Source: Tricharina praecox
Taxonomy: Eukaryota
Reading direction: 5' to 3'
Length of the DNA stretch: 64,000 nt
NCBI RefSeq assembly: GCF_024521635.1
Contig: NW_026250457.1
Span: 1-64,000, forward strand
Shown here: positions 35,138-45,343 of the stretch, in pieces
How positions within the stretch are numbered: the first letter of the stretch is position 1
Layout of the letters: every line of letters starts with the position of its first letter
Translations under genes and position numbers: made by a program
Notes under the pieces: model-generated
What the model saw: only the letters and a program-made list of their open reading frames with translations
Database searches by the model: none
Told to the model about the DNA's origin: nothing

Positions 35138-35527
35138 ATGACTGGTAAGTGTTCGGTGCTTCTGAACGTTGTCTGGATTGTCCAATTCGTAGGCGTGGGT
35201 TCTAATTGTCCGGATCACGTAGTAGGAACCATTGTGTTTGTTCTCCAGGTTGCGACTGGGTGTCGCAGTACGCCAATTCCGACCATCCACCCATATCATG
35301 TCCCACGGTTGGAAGGCTGGTGCAGACGTCCGTTTACGGTCGCAGCCGTGCTGTTGCCGTACCTGGGCATACTGCATTTGACAGCGGGCGACGCCGTGGA
35401 TTTGATCCAACCATTCCGCTGCACTCTGAACTTGATGTTCCTCCTTGGTGTCGATACGGATATTCAGCTTAAAGGCGCACCGTTGGTGGTATCCTAAGTT
35501 GGCAAAGAATAGAGACAAGGTAGCCCT

Positions 35528-35672
35528 AACGCTGCAGCAGAGGAAAGTAACTGCTCGCAGTGAGATTTGAACTCATTACCTTGGCAGCCATCAAACTGTA
35601 ATAAAGTACACTGGGAAAGTACTATACCACTCGACCGAAAGGTATTTTGATGGCTGAAGGCCAACTGTGACA
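35528..35672 (-). repeat. Third copy of the tRNA-box-containing repeat
   Basis: Minus strand: GGTCGAGTGGTATAG (A-box-like) ... ATGAG-TTCAAAT-CTCAC-TGCGAGCA (T-arm/B-box-like); the plus strand ends TGTGACA. Confidence 0.6.
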
Positions 35673-36257
35673 AAACTGATCAACGGCGTTTCGCATCTGT
35701 AGCCAGTAGTACCTCTGGGCAAGCAGTTCCAGGGTTTTCGCGCGCCCCGGGTGCCCCATGGTCGGTGGGCTGTGGGCGTCCTAGAACAGTCATCGTCGGA
35801 GTCGGCCGTACTCTGGCATAAAGAGGCAGTCTCGGTAAGTCAGTTGCCCGTGGACCTCGCGGCATTCCGCCAAGGAGATCTCCTTCCAGTGGTGTGCACC
35901 CTTTCAGAGCAGCGCGAGGATTGGAGCCGGGACGGGGTTTGTCCCGTAAGCTTCTGTTATCAGTAACGTGAGGAGGGGACGATCTTGTTGGGCCGTGTTA
36001 GTTGTTGCCTACCGGAGCTCTTCCGGTAGGTTATCCGGTTTCAGCACTGCCTAGTCAGAGGCGTCAATTTCCATCCTTGATTAGAGCTTGGCAGTTGGTA
36101 GGGGCGTTGGTGAGGCTGAAGGGCATGGCGAGGGATTTGAAAAGCCCATAGCGTGTCCGGAAGGTGGTTTTCCACTCTTCTCCTTCCGCCATCTGTACAA
36201 GGTTGTAGGCACCGCGGATATTCAGGGTGGTGAAGTATTTTGCCCCGGATAGCAGCA

Positions 36258-36677
36258 TCAGGTTTCTTGGAGGAATGGTAGTGGGTACCTGTTCTCAATT
36301 ATTCCTTCGTTCAGGCCAGTGTAATTCACACACAGGCGTAGGGAGCCGTCCGATTTGTTGGCAAACAGGATTGGCGATGCTGCTGGAAGGGAAAAGGCAC
36401 GGATAAAACCTTTGCTAAGGTTGTTGTCAAGCCATTCCTTCAATACGAAGAGGTCCGTTTTCAAGACTCAGGTTGCTTGGAGGAATGGTAGTGGGTACCT
36501 TTTCTCAATTATTCCTTCGTTCAGGCCAGTGTAATTCACACACAGGCGTAGGGAGCCGTCCGATTTGTTGGCAAACAGGATTGACGATGCTGCTGGAAGG
36601 GAAGAGGCACGGATAAAACCTTTGCTAAGGTTGTTGTCAAGCCATTCCTTCAATACGAAGAGGTCCGTTTTCGAGAC
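36258..36677. repeat. 210-bp tandem duplication of an RT segment
   Basis: 36258-36467 and 36468-36677 encode near-identical peptides (KEWLDNNLSKG...YPLPFLQ) and differ at only a few bases. Confidence 0.9.
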
Positions 36678-36824
36678 TAAGTGCAGTGGTCCGTATGGGG
36701 GCGAAAATCCCTCCTTGAGTGGAGTCTTATGGTTGTAGTGTCAGTGCGGGGGTAGGTTCTGGGCACGGGCCTCAGAGAACAGCTGTAGCAACTCGTGGTA
36801 TTCTTGAGGGATATGTGCCGTTGT

Positions 36825-37383
36825 TGTCACGGCTCGTAAGGGGATAACGAAGGGAGGGTCGACACAAGGAGCGGGAGAGTTGAGGGGCAGTGCAGAGGCA
36901 GTGCACCGGCAGTGCAAGGATGAGCCGCAGAGGATTGAGGGCTGTGTGCAGGGTGCAGGGATAGCGCAGTAATGAAACGCAGGAGATTGGGGCTGTGTGC
37001 AGGAAGCAGGGGTAGTGCGGCTGCGCAGGGTATGAATCACGGGAGTGGGGTACTGGCAAGGTGGATTTCTCAGGGTTTGGCACACGCCCACGGTCATTGG
37101 CAGGTTGCGGGAAGAAGTGGAGGATTTTCTATATAAACGGGCCGTTGCCCCTCTGTATTTAGTTCTTCACGCAACAACTTGTTAATTCAATCACTGTTAC
37201 CTCTGTCCTTGCCTCGGCTGCCGTCTGCGCCGTAGTCCTTGTCCCTGCCTCTGTTCTCAGTTGCCGTCTGCACTGAGTCCTGCCTCACCTTCTTCCCTGA
37301 ACCTGTCTTGCCTCTACCGAACCCAGAACCCGATACCCAGCCCGACTTCGCTACCTGGAGCCCTGCCCGACCGTGCCGTTACA
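36825..37383 (+). mobile_element. Solo LTR, family X, TSD GTTGT
   Basis: TGTCACGGCTCG...CCGTGCCGTTACA, with GTTGT at 36820-36824 and 37384-37388. Confidence 0.88.
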
Positions 37384-38351
37384 GTTGTCACGGTCGCGAC
37401 GGAACGTTCGAGGAAGAGTCGGAACAGGGGCCGAAAGGCAGCATGGGGGCAGTGCTAGGGGCTGCGTGGGCGGCAATGCAGGAATGAGCCGGAGGAATTA
37501 GGGCTGTGTGCAGGAAGCAGGTGTGAGACTGGAACGAGTCTGTGTCGTCGGAGTCTATGGTAATATCGAGTGCAGAATAAAAGTCAGGGATTTCGATAAT
37601 TCACAATGGAATAATCTTAAGGGTGTTTGTTCGATGGTTTGTTCGGTGCGATGATTGTGTTTTGTTCGGTTGCACGCTCGGTTCGACTTATAGTCGTCCC
37701 GATCCTCAGCACGTGATTCCTCTAGAGTGCGGCCTAACGTAGCTCCGTTGCTTCCTTTGCATCGGAGTTCCGCGGCCTAGCCTTGAGTCGTCGTCAGCTC
37801 TCTTCGGATAGTCTTCTCGACTAGGCAGGTGGTAAACACCACGCGCCCAAGATAGATCGGAGTTTCTGAGCAATTATCTCCCTCATGCGCCGGCAGAGTT
37901 CTTCGCTCGAAGTTGTCTGCCCCCATCGGTCGATGTTCGATTCTCTCGTCATAACAGTTTTTTCCTGGATCGGAGTTCCTACTGCGGGGCCCTATGATCG
38001 GAGATCTCAAAGTCCTCTGGACTGTTATCCCGATCTCCCGCATCTCCGATCACTGTCTAGACTCTGGAATCCGTTTGCTCCCTCCTTCCTATCTTGTCTT
38101 TGATCGCTTCTAACTATCCTTTCGGCTCGCAACTCTATTCTAATCACCCGAACTATCTAATCACATCTCTTGCGACCGTCGTGTCCTCCGATACCTATCG
38201 GGGTGTCACACCATCTCCCCTCCCACGAGGCTTCGGCCCGAAGCACCCAAGTCCTCGCCTTTATCCTAACTTGATAACTGTGGATGAAGTCCTCCATCCC
38301 CTTCATCCTACTACCTGCCCGAGTTCGAGAAAACCACATGGTCAAAAACTC

Positions 38352-41300
38352 TTACTCATCTGTGAGCCGGTAGTCCCTCGGCGCATCGGGATTTTTGCGA
38401 TGAAACTCGCGTAGCTTTTCCCATCCGCCTACTGAGAAGTTGTCGAATGGCTCGTTCGTCCAATCCCATCGTTCGGGGTAGTTGAGCCATTTGACGAGGT
38501 AGAGCACTCGTCGACCTTTCTTCGAGCTGCCCATAACCTCATCGACGTCGTATTCTTCGTTGCCTTCCACATCATCGGCCTCTCGTAAGATTTGAGAGGG
38601 ATCCGGTGGTGCTCGGGTGCCGGCTCGGAACTGTTCAACGAGCGAGACGTGAAAGACATTATGAATCTTCCACTTCCTTGGCAGAGTGAGCTTGACAGCG
38701 AGCGGCGATACGATCTTCTCGATTTGGAAGGGACCATGGTTCTTGTGGTCCAACTTCCGCGAGGGTCGGCGGGTTTGAATGTTCCGCCCATTGAGCATTA
38801 CCAAGTCTCCTACTTGATAAGCCGGTGCCTCCTGACGATGTTGATCTGCATACTTGCGCATTCGTTCGCGCGTTCGTTCGAGGGTCTTGATGTTTTCCTC
38901 GTGGACTGTATGCATCCAGTGAGCGTAGACCTTGCTGGCGGGGATGAGAGAATTTGCTGCAGCAGGGTTTGTCGCCGAAGGATGGTATCCGAAATTCGCA
39001 TAGGAGGGCGACATTCCGGTTGCCGATGTAACCGAGTTGTTGTAGGCAAACTCAGCCATCGGTAGGAGATTCACCCAACCGTTCTGCTCGTAGTTCATGA
39101 AGGAGCGGAGGTATGCTTCAATCGTCTGGTTGAGGCGTTCCGTTTGTCCATCCGTCTGTGGGTGGAACGCTGTTGACATCCGGGGCGTAATGCCTAGCAG
39201 CCGGATGAATTCCTTCCATGTACCCGAGGTAAACCGTGAGTCTCGATCCGACACTATGTCTGCTGGTAATCCGTGAAAGCGCCATATCTCGCGGGCAAAA
39301 ATCTTCGCGAGATCCTCGGCTATCTTTCCATCCTTAGGGAGGGGGATGAAATGCGCCATCTTGGTGAAGCGGTCGACGACCACCCATAGCTGGTCGCATC
39401 CGTTGGATTCCGGTAGGTCGGTAATGAAGTCCATGGCTATTGATTGCCATGGGGTGTATGGTAACTCGAGAGGATTGAGTAGTCCATAGGGCTGGTGCCT
39501 TGTTACTTTGTCCTTCTGACACTGCGCGCAACTCCGGACGAAGTCTATAATCTGCTCGTCTATCTTTGGCCACCAGAAATTGCGTCGGATAAGTTCGATA
39601 GTCTTGTCCTGGCCCATATGCCCCGCGACTTTCGTATCGTGTTCCGGCTCGAGGATGTGTCTGACGAGTTCCTTGTCCTCTGGTACCCATAGCCTTTCTT
39701 TCCTATACAGGCACCCCTCTTCCATCTTCAAAATCCTGGCCTTTCGACCCATCCTGCCGGAGTCCCTACTCTCGGCGGCCAGTTCCCAGGCCTTTCGGCC
39801 CTCCGACTCGGTGTCCTTCTGAGCCGCGTCCTCGTTCGTATCCTTGATGCTACTCAGAGCCTCCCGATATCCAGCATCTTTCTTTCCCGCCTTCCTGACC
39901 CAACCCAGAAATTCTTCATTCCACTTTGGCACGGGGATTGATTGTAGCCGAGTTGACGAAACCAGGAACACGGTGCTTTCGCCTCCGGTGCTGATTGATG
40001 AAACTCTCGAATCGTCGCCTGCAAAGGTGATTTATGCAGGATCGTCGTAATCGGCTGATCTTCACCCCCTCCTTTTTCAGGGCGGTACTCCGGGCGCCTG
40101 GATAATGCGTCAGGCTTGCCGTTCTGGCTGCCGGGCCGGTAGTAGATTTTGAAGTCGATGCCAGCGAGTTCTTGTGCCCATCTCGCCTGCCGTCGATTGA
40201 GTACTTTCGTGGTTGTGAAGTACTCAAGGTTCTGGTGGTCGCTGTACACCTGGATCTGGTGTTTTGCTCCCTCGAGGTATTGCCGCCAGCGTTTGAAAGA
40301 GTCTACTATCGCGAGTAGTTCCTTATCGTGAATCTCGAAGTTGATTTCGGCTGGGGTAAACCTAGACTTCAGCTCCTCGAAGGCCAGTTCCATTTCTCCT
40401 GTCCATCTCCAATCCTTCCCTTTTTCTTTTGTGCTCTCGGTCAAGGGTCTCGCGATCTTTGAGAAATCCTTGATGAAGCGCCTGTAAAAATTGGCGCACC
40501 CAAGAAAGGCTTGTACTTCCTTCAGGGACCGCGGCGCCTCCCACGAGAGCACAGATTCCACCTTGTCCTTAGCCATCTCAATTCCATCTTGGGATATCAC
40601 GTATCCTAGGAACTCGACTCTCCTTGTCGACCAGACACACTTCTCTGGTGAGATTGCCAACTTATTTTCTTCCAACCTCTTTAGTACCTCGATGACTATC
40701 TTGTCATGCTCCTCGTGCGTCTTAGCATAGATGAGGAGGTCATCGATGTATGCGACCAGTCCCAGGTCCAACATATCCCGAAATATGTGGTTAATCATGT
40801 CCTGAAACGTCGCTGGAGCGTTGTTCAGCCCAAACGGCATGACCAAAAACTCAAACAGTCCGTATCGACAGCGGAAAGCCGTCTTCCACTCGTCACCTTC
40901 CTTGATGCGGATAAGGTGATAGCCATTCTTCAAATCAATCTTGGTGAAGACTTTCGCACCCCTGACTCGGTCTTGCAACTCTGCCATGATCAAGAGTGGG
41001 TAGCGATTGGCTACGGTAATCTTGTTGATACCGCGATAGTCGACACACAATCGGAGACCCCTGCCGTGCGCCTTTGGTACAAATAATATCGGCGCCCCGG
41101 CTGGTGATTTGGATCTTCGAATCTTGCCTGTCTGGAGCATCTCCTTGAGCCACTCCCTGAGGGCCTCAAGTTCTTTCTCTGACAGCGCATAGATAGGGCC
41201 CCATGGAGGAGTCTCTCCTTCCTTGAGATCGATTGCGTGGTCGTAGGACTTGTGGTCGGGAAGCTTATCGGCTGCTTCTTTGCTCATGATATTGGCATAT

Positions 41301-42013
41301 AGTCTGAACTTCTCCGGTAGCAGATTCATGGGTGGATCTGATTCCGGGCCAGCTGAGACGTATCCAATAATGCGAGCCTCCGAATTGTGAATGACAGACG
41401 TGTCAAGTTCCATCGGAAAGCTGGTTGCTTGTTGCAAGGTGCATTGTTTCTTGCATCGGGTGCTGGTGAAGTGAATTTTCTGTGCTTCATTCTCCCACAA
41501 CCCTGTCGGTTCATGCTTCGCCATCCACCAATACGGGAGGTAGGCATCGCAGTCGTCCAAGGGAGCCACTTCGAAGGTTTCGTTGGTGTAGTGCCTCCGG
41601 TGTTGAAGGAGCATCGGCATTGTATAATATTCCCCGGCTCCTTCCACTATGGTTCCATGGAAGTCCTTGATTTCCACCGGCTTGGGTCGTTGAATAAGGG
41701 GCAACCCAGGTTCTCGTGCAAGGCTTCGTTTGATGATCGGAATGGCACATCCTGTGTCAAGGAGTACTCGGATCCGTCGTCGCTTGTGCTCAGACCAGAG
41801 GAGCATCATTTCTATGATTGGTCGTGGTCCGCTGACAGGTTTTGGGGGCTCACACCCTGAGGCGCTCGGCGCGGTTGGACTCGTAGAAATAGGTTGGTCC
41901 GTTCGTCTTCGCTTATCTCTGGATTCGCTGTCGATATCCTGAGGCCGTGGTCTCTTCGTTCCGCAAACATATACACTTGGCCGTCCAGTCTGCGGAGTGC
42001 TGGGGCCGCTCAA
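38352..42013 (-). pseudogene. pol of element A (PR-RT-RNase H-IN-chromodomain), defective
   Basis: LLDTGC (PR), YIDDLLIY (RT), HHCC and D,D35E integrase, GPF motif, chromodomain YDVDEVM...YLVKW. Carries a 49-codon deletion in RNase H (~40355) and a frameshift near 40028. Confidence 0.92.
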
Positions 42014-43810
42014 AAATCCTCCGGCTCACTCTCATTCCTTTCCCAGAATGGAGGGGCCTCCGTCATTGCTTCATCCTCCACCACAACCGCCGCAGCCTTG
42101 TGTTGCTTGGACCTCGGTCGAGTGGGTTCGGCATCCTGGGTGTCCCGCTTTCTCTTTGTCACGGATGACACCTTTGGACTCTCGGGGAGTTCGGTACCCG
42201 CGACTGTTTTTCTGGCGTAGCATTGGAAGGTTCAGTGGCCGTCTCGTCCGCAACGCCAACAGTCGCACTTGGATGCTTTGTGGGCATCGATCTCCTTCTG
42301 GGGAACCCCTACCCGAGCCTCCTTTGCTCCTGCATAGATGTCCCCTTCCCTTGTCCTTCCCTTCCTGACCCCTGTTGCTTCCTTGGCCTTTCGGCCCTCT
42401 GGGGACTCCCCGCTTTCCTTGCGGCCCCCGGGGTCTCTGCCCGTTCCTTGGCCCTTCCGGCCGTTGCCAGGTCCCTCCCGGTCGCGGCCGGAACCCTGGC
42501 TACCCAATCCCCCTTTCCTCATTGCCCTTGCCTTTTTCAGCGCGTCCCGTCGTTCCACATGGTTCGCAGCCATGGGCACCGTTTCCAGACAATCTTCATA
42601 GTCTTCGTAGAGTTCGGTGTGCTGGATAAAGCACATATCGAGCATGTTGGTGGTCATGGCCTGGTTCACTATGTCTTGTAGTGGTTCGCCGATGGCGCGA
42701 GCGATCATGTTGAGTGATCGGAAGGAGGTCATGTAAGCCTGAATGTCTCCTTTGTATTCGAGGGCCCACATCCTTCTTAATGCGTTTGCTCCTTCCTGCG
42801 TGTCGCGGTACGCCTCCTTAAGTGCCTCTTGGTACGCCTGCCAGGTATCTTCCAAGTGTAGCTGCCTCAGGCTTTTTCGACCGGCCTGATGCCATTCTGC
42901 CGCTGTTCCTTCCAGTCGGGATCCCACCCACGCTATGTGAGACTGGAACGATTTCGGTCGTCGGAGTCGATTGATAGAATAGGATAAGAATGAAGATAGA
43001 TAGTATTCTTTCTTTCACAAGCGGAATAATCTTAAGGGGTAGTGTCGATGGTTTTCTCGTCGCTGATTCTGATGATGAATCTTTCGTCGTGTCGTCGGAA
43101 GTCTATATAGTTGGGTGATGTGATCGAGTCACGTGCCAGCCGTTGCCGTAGTTTGTTGCCGGATGGAACCCCTGGCGTGAAATCTCTGCACTTGGTGCGG
43201 AGACTTTCTCCGCCATGTCATCAGAGTCGTCGTAAGCTTTCAGGATAGTTTATACAAACTAGGCAGGTATGGCGCACCAATCCTTACCCGAGCATAGTCC
43301 GGTTTCAGCTATCTCCCCGCTGGGCAACGGCTGCGCCTTTCGGCACGGCTCTTATTTGCTTAAGACGCGAGAAGAGGGGCAACACTCGTCATAGTGGTTT
43401 TTCCCCGATCAGAGTTTCCTCTGCGCTTGTTCCGCGATTCGCCTGCCTCAAGTCAAGGATGACTGTATCGGACTTTTCGTGCGTATCGCTGCGCCTCCGA
43501 TCCCACCTAGACTCTGGTTCCGTTTGCTTCCTTCCTTCCTATCTCGTCTCTGACTAGCTACGACTAATCTAAAAAATCCCTTCCTGTTCCCCGATCTATC
43601 TAACTATCTTTCCTGAACTCCCGTTGGTAAGCAGCCGGACTCTGGAGTCGGGCCGACTGCGACCAGGGTGTCACACCATCTCCCCTCTCCGACGCTTTCG
43701 TCCCGAAGCGTGCGGAGTTCTATCTAGTCTACATACGGTGAATGCAGTCCTCCAACCCCTGCATCCTACTATCGCTCGACTCAAGAGAAAAACCCAGTGG
43801 GAAAAAACTC

Positions 43811-45343
43811 TCAGTCTTCTGTGAGCCGATAGTCCCTCGGCGCGTCCGGATTCTTGCGGTGGAATTCCCGCAGTTTCTCCCGACCACCTACTGAAAAGTT
43901 GTCGAAAGGCTCATGAGTCCAATCCCGTTTGCTGGGATAGTTGAGCCATTTCACGAGGTAGAGTACGCGCCGTCCTTTCTTGGTGCTACCCATAACCTCC
44001 TCGACATCGTATTCCTCATTGCTCTCGACGTCATCCGCTTCCCGGAGTATTTTCGACGGGTCGGGGGGATCTCGGTTGCCTGCTCGGTAGGGTTCGACAA
44101 GCGAAACATGGAAGACATTGTGTATCTTCCATTTCCGCGGTAGCGTGAGCTTGACGGCGAGAGGGGAAACGATCTTCTCGATTTGGAACGGGCCATGATT
44201 TTTGTGGTCCAGTTTCCTCGAGGGGCGGCGGGTTTGTATATTCCGTCCGCTGAGCATTACCAGGTCTCCTACCTGATAAGCGGGGGCCTCTTGGCGACGT
44301 TGGTCGGCGTAGTGGCGCATGCGTTCCTGTGCTTGCTCAAGCGACTTGATGGTTTCCTCGTGCACAGTCTGCATCCAGTGCGCATAGACCGTGCTGGCGG
44401 GGTTGAGGGGGTTCGTCGCAGCAGGTCCGCTAGCTGTTGGGTGGAATCCGTAGTTCGCGTAGAACGGCGAGAATCCAGTAGCCGTGGTGACCGAGTTGTT
44501 GTAGGCAAACTCAGCCATGGGGAGGAGGCTAACCCAGTCGTCTTGGTCTTTGTTGACGAAGGAGCGGAGATATGCTTCGATCGTCTGGTTGAGGCGTTCT
44601 GTTTGCCCGTCTGTTTGGGGGTGAAACGCCGTAGACATCCTTGCCTTGATGCCTAAAAGCTTCATAAATTCTTTCCACGTATCCGACGTGAAGCGGGAAT
44701 CTCTGTCTGATACAATATCCGAGGGTAGGCCGTGGAAGCGCCAGATTTCGCGGGCAAAGATTTTTGCGAGGTCGCTGGCTGTCTTGCCGTCCTTTCGTAG
44801 GGGAATGAAATGAGCCATCTTGGTGAATCGGTCGATGACTACCCAGAGTTGGTCGCATTCCTCAGACTCGGGTAGATCGGTTATGAAGTCCATAGCGATG
44901 GATTGCCATGGAGCGTAGGGTAGTTCGAGGGGGTTTAGGAGTCCATAGGGTTGGTGTCGCGCTGTCTTGTTTTTTTGACATTCAGGACAGCCACGCACGA
45001 AGTCGATGATGGCTTCGTCCATTTTTGGCCACCAAAAGTTGCGTCGAATCAACTCGATCGTCTTGTCCTGGCCCATATGGCCGGCGACTTTGGTATCGTG
45101 CTCTGACTCCAGGATCTGCTGGATCAGGCCTTTGTTGTTTGGTATCCACAACTTCTCCTTCCGGTACACACATCCATCTTCCACCCTCAGTATCCCGGCC
45201 TTTCGGCTCATCCGTTCAGAGTCTCTGCTCCGAACGGCATCCTCCTTGACCTTGCGGTCATTCGGCACGGAATTCCCACGTGCCGCTACCCTCCTTACCC
45301 TTTCCGGTATTCGGCTCCTGTTCCTCAGAAGCCGCTTCACCAA
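43811..45343 (-). CDS. pol: Integrase + chromodomain of element B (out of frame with RT-RNase H)
   Basis: H-x5-GH...C-x2-C, SIAMDFI, IVSDRD, PQTDGQTER, GPF, YDVEEVM...YLVKW. Confidence 0.9.
   Translation of the reverse strand: MVKRLLRNRSRIPERVRRVAARGNSVPNDRKVKEDAVRSRDSERMSRKAGILRVEDGCVYRKEKLWIPNNKGLIQQILESEHDTKVAGHMGQDKTIELIRRNFWWPKMDEAIIDFVRGCPECQKNKTARHQPYGLLNPLELPYAPWQSIAMDFITDLPESEECDQLWVVIDRFTKMAHFIPLRKDGKTASDLAKIFAREIWRFHGLPSDIVSDRDSRFTSDTWKEFMKLLGIKARMSTAFHPQTDGQTERLNQTIEAYLRSFVNKDQDDWVSLLPMAEFAYNNSVTTATGFSPFYANYGFHPTASGPAATNPLNPASTVYAHWMQTVHEETIKSLEQAQERMRHYADQRRQEAPAYQVGDLVMLSGRNIQTRRPSRKLDHKNHGPFQIEKIVSPLAVKLTLPRKWKIHNVFHVSLVEPYRAGNRDPPDPSKILREADDVESNEEYDVEEVMGSTKKGRRVLYLVKWLNYPSKRDWTHEPFDNFSVGGREKLREFHRKNPDAPRDYRLTED

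Larger units (their letters stand above)
33674..36821 (-). mobile_element. Degraded 3' part of a family-X Ty3/gypsy element (RT, integrase and chromodomain fragments, PPT, 3' LTR 33674-34175)
   Basis: LKEWLDNNLSKGFIR..SP..SPILF..DGSLRLCVNY; WKTTFRTRYG; integrase fragments 35130-35990; chromodomain end EPEENLTEVQAVDGFH; GGAAGGGA purine tract, then a TG...CA LTR. Many deletions and stops. Confidence 0.85.

Noticed and set aside
37777..38103. Recurrent 72-88 aa ORFs (MREIGITVQR..., MRRQSSSLEV...) found four or five times
   Set aside because: They recur only because they lie inside family-Y LTR copies, and they are not preserved in the diverged Z/W LTRs.
39854..45343. A shared programmed frameshift before integrase in both A and B
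   Set aside because: The frame breaks are at different homologous positions (A just after ITTILH, B ~60-90 codons later), so they are independent events.
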